The notes under the pieces were generated by a model, which saw only the letters and a program-made list of their open reading frames with translations, was not told the origin of the DNA and did no database searches. Shown piece by piece: positions 49,449 to 53,712 of a stretch of DNA of 53,712 nt. The stretch's first letter is position 1, and each line of letters opens with the position of its first letter. Both the position numbers and the translations under genes were made by a program. The DNA is taken from the NCBI GenBank assembly GCA_050309705.1, contig JBNRMR010000022.1, positions 1 through 53,712 of the forward strand. Direction: 5' to 3'. Source of the DNA: Christensenellales bacterium. GTDB taxonomy: Bacteria > Bacillota > Clostridia > Christensenellales > UBA1750.

Positions 49449-49716
49449 GCGAAACCCTCCCCTTAAGTCTTCCATAACAGTTTTAATAGCCCGCAGTCCG
49501 CCATTACCCTCATAAATTACCTAATTTAATTATAGCACAACCCATGCACCACCGCCAATTAGCTCACATATATTTAACCATGCTTACATACCGTTTTTGC
49601 CCAACCGAATACCCTTTGTCCGCCGGATTAATGCCCCGGGGCCCTTGAATGCGATATTTTTATGCAAAATACACAGAATCTTTACATAAAATTTTGATAT
49701 AAACAAACGATATTAT

Positions 49717-49745
49717 TTGTAAAAACAGGAGGGTTCTGGTATAAT
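49717..49745 (+). promoter_or_regulatory. asp23 operon promoter
   Basis: TTGTAA (49717-49722), 17-nt spacer, TGgTATAAT (TATAAT at 49740-49745). Confidence 0.5.
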
Positions 49746-49776
49746 AAAAACGACTAAAAGAAAGGGAGGCATCATT

Positions 49777-50193
49777 ATGGCTGAAAACAATTTACCCGTA
49801 TCGGTTCCTGTGGAAGGGGACGTCGGCACTGTTACTTTTGCCAGCGAAGTTATCGCTATTATAGCCGGCCTTGCAGCCACAGAAATTCCGGGCGTAGCCG
49901 GAATGAGCGGCGGCATTGCTGATGGTTTTGCCGATATACTCGGCCGAAAGAACCTCACAAAGGGCGTTAAGGTTGATGTCGGCAGCCACCAGGCAGCTGT
50001 TGATTTGACCATGATAATGGAATATGGCGTTAAAATTCCTGAGGTAGCAAAGAGCGTTCAGGAAAATGTCAAGAAGGCTGTCGAGACCATGAGCGGCTTA
50101 CAGGTGGTCGAGGTGAACATCCACGTTGTGGGTGTAAAAATAGAGAAGGAAGCTCCCCTGCTGAAAGAGCCGGAGCCCCCAAGAGTCGTATAA
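49777..50193 (+). CDS. Asp23/Gls24-family envelope stress protein
   Basis: FASEVIAIIAGLAATEIPGVAGM and VEVNIHVVGV are typical of Asp23/DUF322. Confidence 0.9.
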   Translation: MAENNLPVSVPVEGDVGTVTFASEVIAIIAGLAATEIPGVAGMSGGIADGFADILGRKNLTKGVKVDVGSHQAAVDLTMIMEYGVKIPEVAKSVQENVKKAVETMSGLQVVEVNIHVVGVKIEKEAPLLKEPEPPRVV

Positions 50194-50213
50194 CTGCCCC
50201 ACAAACATATTGT

Positions 50214-50414
50214 ATCGGACGGAAAGTCTAGGCAATACCGCACAAAGCGAGTGCCTGAGCCATTGCGAGAGATTTTTGTGCGGAACATGAACAAAGGCGA
50301 AGAAATAGCAGCGCTATTGGAAGCATTTTGGAAACAGTTTCCACGAGTAAAAAGATCCGCAAAATCGGCGCGTGATGCTCATGCGGTGTTGCTCCAAATG
50401 CTTTTCCGTCCGAT
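50214..50414 (+). ncRNA. Candidate structured RNA or regulatory leader between asp23 and amaP
   Basis: A 12-bp Watson-Crick closing helix (50214-50225 with 50403-50414), an 11-bp helix (50232-50242 with 50382-50392), a competing 9-bp local hairpin (50238-50246 with 50275-50283), and two small hairpins. No class was recognised. Confidence 0.35.
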
Positions 50415-50438
50415 ATGACGCTTTAAGGAGAAATGACC

Positions 50439-51002
50439 ATGAAAATTCGCTGGTATGACCGCATACTTCTTTTCATTGTGGCGGTTTTCCTGCTGGCTGC
50501 GGCGGCGATCTTTGTTTCGCTTCCGCTTTTCAGCAGCGTAAACATAGACGTCACATCCCGACTGGCGAACCTTCCCACCGACAGCCTTGGCAGCACGCTG
50601 CTGATAGGCGGCGGCGCAATTCTGCTGATTCTTTCAGTATATCTTGTCTGCGTCAGCTTTGCCCGGAAAAAGGTCCATGCTCCAAAGAGCATCACTGTGA
50701 GGCAGAGCGAAGTCGGCTCGGTGGAGATCAGCCTTGAGGCCATCGACACGCTGGTGCAAAAGTGTGCCCGGAGCTTTTCCGAAGTCAGGGATTGCAGATC
50801 TCAGGTGACAGTCACACAGTTTAACGATATCATTATCGCCATAAAGCTTCATATAATGCCCGATACGGACATTCCCGACCTTACCGCAAGAATGCAGGCG
50901 GAGCTTAAGTCATATGTGGAGCGGATCAGCGGTATAAGCGTGCGCGAGATCAAGGTTTTGGTGGAATCCACAGGGGTGAACCTTGCCTCAAAAGTACAGT
51001 GA
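50439..51002 (+). CDS. amaP: AmaP-like alkaline-shock-response membrane anchor protein
   Basis: N-terminal TM pair followed by an Asp23-like soluble domain. AAGGAG lies 8 nt before the ATG at 50439. It sits between the asp23 and DUF2273 genes. Confidence 0.6.
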   Translation: MKIRWYDRILLFIVAVFLLAAAAIFVSLPLFSSVNIDVTSRLANLPTDSLGSTLLIGGGAILLILSVYLVCVSFARKKVHAPKSITVRQSEVGSVEISLEAIDTLVQKCARSFSEVRDCRSQVTVTQFNDIIIAIKLHIMPDTDIPDLTARMQAELKSYVERISGISVREIKVLVESTGVNLASKVQ

Positions 51003-51016
51003 CCAAGGAGAATAAC

Positions 51017-51241
51017 GTGAATAATTCTTTTTTTTCCGCTATCTGGGCATTCATTAAGGCCAATAGGTTTGCCGTTGTATTTACATTGGTTGGCATTATA
51101 CTTGCCATACTGTTTATATGCATAGGCTTTTGGCGCACAGTGCTGATACTTCTGCTTGCGGCGGCAGGCTGCGCCGCCGGTATCTTCCTGGACGGGCGCT
51201 TACGCCGTGGGAAGAAAGACGACCCCTTTGGCTTCGGCTGA
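51017..51241 (+). CDS. DUF2273 small integral membrane protein
   Basis: Two TM helices (FAVVFTLVGIILAILFICIGF, VLILLLAAAGCAAGIFL). AAGGAG lies 6 nt before the GTG at 51017. The track start is 50999. Confidence 0.6.
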   Translation: MNNSFFSAIWAFIKANRFAVVFTLVGIILAILFICIGFWRTVLILLLAAAGCAAGIFLDGRLRRGKKDDPFGFG

Positions 51242-51293
51242 CAGTGAAAGCGCAATTAAGCAAAAAAGACGCAGCAATTAGGAGAAACCGCAC

Positions 51294-51701
51294 ATGTCAA
51301 GGCAAACCGCCCGTGAAAGCATTATGAAGATGCTGTTTGAAGCAGAGTTCAACATCGATTTTGACACCGACGCAACATTGGAGTTGATCCAGCCCCAGGA
51401 CCTAACAAAGAACGACCGCGCCTTTATATACAGCTTAAGGGACGGTATTTTTGCACATCTGAGCGCAATAGACGCGCTCATCGAAAAGTATGCCCGCGGC
51501 TGGAGCCTTGAGCGTATGGCAAAGGTGGATAAATCCATATTGCGCCTTGCCATATATGAAATGAAATACGGCGACACCCCGGAGGCCATCGCCATAAACG
51601 AAGCTGTGAACATGGCGAGAGTCTTTTCATCGGAGGAATCATCCTCCTTCATAAACGGAATACTCGGTGCCATTTCTCGCGCAGAGCAGGAGGCCGAATG
51701 A
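51294..51701 (+). CDS. nusB: Transcription antitermination factor NusB
   Basis: ARESIMKMLFEAEF, ERMAKVDKSILRLAIYEM and INEAVNMARVF. Confidence 0.9.
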   Translation: MSRQTARESIMKMLFEAEFNIDFDTDATLELIQPQDLTKNDRAFIYSLRDGIFAHLSAIDALIEKYARGWSLERMAKVDKSILRLAIYEMKYGDTPEAIAINEAVNMARVFSSEESSSFINGILGAISRAEQEAE

Positions 51702-52669
51702 AGGCCGTAATTGGACTGGATACAAGCTGCTATACAACATCAGTGGCTGCCGCGTCATTGCAGGATGGTCGCATCCTTCAGTGCCGGCAGCTTTTGAGTG
51801 CCCAGGGCACGCCCGGCCTAAGGCAGAGCGAGGCCCTTTTCAGGCATGTCAAAAACTTACCGGCGCTTATTGGCGAGCTTTTCGCAATGGAGGAAATTGA
51901 GCCGGCGGCTGTCTGCGCGTCCACTGCCCCAAGGCCCGTGGAGGGCAGCTATATGCCGGTGTTTTTGGCGGGTGAAAGCCTGGGCAGAAGCCTTGCTTCG
52001 GCCTTTAAAGTGCCTTTTTATGAAACAAGCCATCAGGAGGGGCACATCACTGCGGGGCTATTGGGCAGCGGGCTGGACGATTCCACCGGCGAGCCGTACA
52101 TTGTTTTGCACCTTTCCGGAGGAACGACAGAGCTAATCCTGTGCGACGGCAAGCAGAGCCTTGTGGGTGGCACCCTGGACATAACCGTGGGGCAGCTTAT
52201 CGACAGAGCCGGCGTTTTGCTGGGCATGACCTTTCCCTGCGGCCCCCAACTGGAAAAGCTGGCGCTGCAGCAAGAAAATCAGCAGGGTGAAGGTACGGCA
52301 AAGGGCCTGATATCATCCCGCGCAAGCGGCCTTCACTGCTCACTTTCAGGCGCAGAAACCCAGATGCGAAAGCTTGTCGGCGCGCTTTCACCAGGGGAGC
52401 TGGCCCTGGAGGTCTTTTCCTGCGCCGAGCGCACCATCTCAAAGCTGATCGTCTTTGCGGCAAAAGAGCTTAAGGTGAACAGGTTTCTGCTGGTGGGTGG
52501 CGTGGCCTCGTCATCACTTTTAAGGAAAAACCTTGTGGTCCGCGTGGCCGGGCGCAACTTGAACATCGGGCTTTTTTTTGGGAAGAGCGAATACTGCTCT
52601 GACAACGCAGTCGGAGTGGCTTTAAATGGCGTTAAAATCTTTCGAGATTCTATACAACAGCATGTTTAG
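51698..52669 (+). CDS. Kae1/TsaD-like (peptidase M22/ASKHA fold) paralog
   Basis: GLDTSCYTTSVA and HQEGH motifs resemble TsaD (TSCDET, HxEGH), but the sequence is divergent. ATGA overlap with the nusB stop. Confidence 0.6.
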   Translation: MKAVIGLDTSCYTTSVAAASLQDGRILQCRQLLSAQGTPGLRQSEALFRHVKNLPALIGELFAMEEIEPAAVCASTAPRPVEGSYMPVFLAGESLGRSLASAFKVPFYETSHQEGHITAGLLGSGLDDSTGEPYIVLHLSGGTTELILCDGKQSLVGGTLDITVGQLIDRAGVLLGMTFPCGPQLEKLALQQENQQGEGTAKGLISSRASGLHCSLSGAETQMRKLVGALSPGELALEVFSCAERTISKLIVFAAKELKVNRFLLVGGVASSSLLRKNLVVRVAGRNLNIGLFFGKSEYCSDNAVGVALNGVKIFRDSIQQHV

Positions 52670-52681
52670 GAGGTAACTACT

Positions 52682-53533
52682 ATGGGAAAACTTATTTCAG
52701 GCAGGAAGATCGCCGACAAAGTGAAGCAAGAGCTGAAAGCCGAAATCGAGGCGCTGGCCGACAAGGGTATCACCCCCGGTCTTGCCGTCATCTTTGTGGG
52801 CGATAATCCCGCTTCGGAAATATATGTGAGAAACAAGGAAGCCTCTTGCAGAGAACTGGCCATAGACTCCAAAGTGGTGCGTTTGTCGGAGTACATCTCG
52901 CAGGCGGAGCTGCTGGAAGTAATCGACGAGCTGAACCATGACAATTCCGTGGATGGAATACTCGTTCAGCTTCCCCTGCCCAACCATATCGATACCGACG
53001 CCATAATGGACGCAATCGACCCCGCCAAGGATGTGGACGGAATCCACGCCATGAACGCAGGCCTTTTGATGGGCGGCCGCCCTGTTTCCGTGGCCTGCAC
53101 CCCAAAGGGCGTGCTTCGGATGCTGAAGGAAGCCGATATCCGCCTTGCGGGCGCAAACGCCGTGGTGGTGGGCCGCTCTAACATCGTGGGGAAACCCATG
53201 GCGATGTTGCTGCTGAACGAAAGCTGCACCGTTACCATCTGCCACAGCCGCACGAGGAATATTGCTGAAATCTGCAAAGGCGCGGATATTTTGGTGGCGG
53301 CGGTGGGACTTGCAAAGTTCATCACCGCGGACATGATAAAAGAAGGCGCAGTCGTCATAGACGTGGGCATAAACAGGGGCGAGGACGGCAAGGTGGTCGG
53401 CGATGTGGACTATGACGCGGCAAAGGAAGTGGCCGGCTATATCACAAAGGTGCCCGGCGGCGTGGGCCCAATGACAATCGCCATGCTGATGGAAAACACA
53501 GTGGAAGCCGCAAAGCGCAATGGAAACATATAG
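52682..53533 (+). CDS. folD: Bifunctional methylenetetrahydrofolate dehydrogenase/cyclohydrolase
   Basis: [42 protein letters not shown] and PGGVGPMT. Confidence 0.95.
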   Translation: MGKLISGRKIADKVKQELKAEIEALADKGITPGLAVIFVGDNPASEIYVRNKEASCRELAIDSKVVRLSEYISQAELLEVIDELNHDNSVDGILVQLPLPNHIDTDAIMDAIDPAKDVDGIHAMNAGLLMGGRPVSVACTPKGVLRMLKEADIRLAGANAVVVGRSNIVGKPMAMLLLNESCTVTICHSRTRNIAEICKGADILVAAVGLAKFITADMIKEGAVVIDVGINRGEDGKVVGDVDYDAAKEVAGYITKVPGGVGPMTIAMLMENTVEAAKRNGNI

Positions 53534-53712
53534 TCAGCTTTCCATTTTTGACGGCGCAGCCGGTGGCAGGCCCGTTTTCACAGTGGCCAGAGTGAACGAA
53601 TACGCCAAGAGCCTGCTTACAGGCGACCCTATTTTGAGCGATGTGCTGGTGCGCGGAGAGATATCAAACCTTAAGCGCCACAGCTCCGGCCATATATATT
53701 TCACACTAAAGG
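53520..53712 (+). CDS. xseA: Exodeoxyribonuclease VII large subunit, 5' part (runs off the window)
   Basis: My own translation gives [64 protein letters not shown], the OB-fold N-terminus typical of XseA. It overlaps the folD stop and is not in the ORF track because it has no stop codon. Confidence 0.85.
   Translation, partial: METYSQLSIFDGAAGGRPVFTVARVNEYAKSLLTGDPILSDVLVRGEISNLKRHSSGHIYFTLK

Noticed and set aside
50415-50432. gacgctttaagg upstream of amaP as a NusB/NusE boxA-like element.
   Set aside because: It only partially resembles GCTCTTTAACAA and overlaps the RBS. The match is too weak to claim without a comparative alignment.

Overview
This 53.7-kb chromosomal window comes from a GC-rich, spore-forming Firmicute. 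It looks Clostridia-like: spoVT, spoIIP and a type-A RNase P RNA are present. GC content was judged by eye, not computed. The window is densely coding and dominated by core housekeeping genes. These include glycolysis (pgk-tpiA-gpmI, pgi), DNA repair (uvrB with a LexA box, mfd), murC, pth, the dnaG-sigA cluster with trmK, yqfO and a zinc-ribbon gene, and dgt. They also include an asp23-amaP-DUF2273-nusB-(TsaD-like)-folD-xseA block, a TPP riboswitch with thiT, and a five-tRNA operon (Val-Asp-Phe-Gly-Cys). rnpB is hidden under spurious ORFs. There are three carbohydrate loci: melA with an AraC regulator, an LplABC-type ABC transporter with a membrane-sensor AraC regulator and two cytoplasmic enzymes, and a decayed locus. 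I found no CRISPR array, transposase, integrase, phage genes or recognisable defence system, so I cannot support a clear multi-gene novel system here. The best leads are smaller: (1) an orphan 221-aa protein with 19 Cys and a (Cys-Gly)n block encoded by a TGCGGN repeat; (2) a roughly 200-nt intergenic element between asp23 and amaP with long-range and mutually exclusive helices; (3) an AT-rich P-loop NTPase gene inserted between sigA and trmK; (4) a decaying sugar locus, with an AraC sensor gene carrying an in-frame TAG and a 5' truncation next to a truncated and a longer GH-A paralog; (5) a 23-codon hydrophobic ORF with a good RBS; (6) related GC-rich palindromic repeats flanking the yfbR-thiT unit. 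All functional calls rest on motif and family recognition by eye, and no database search was run.
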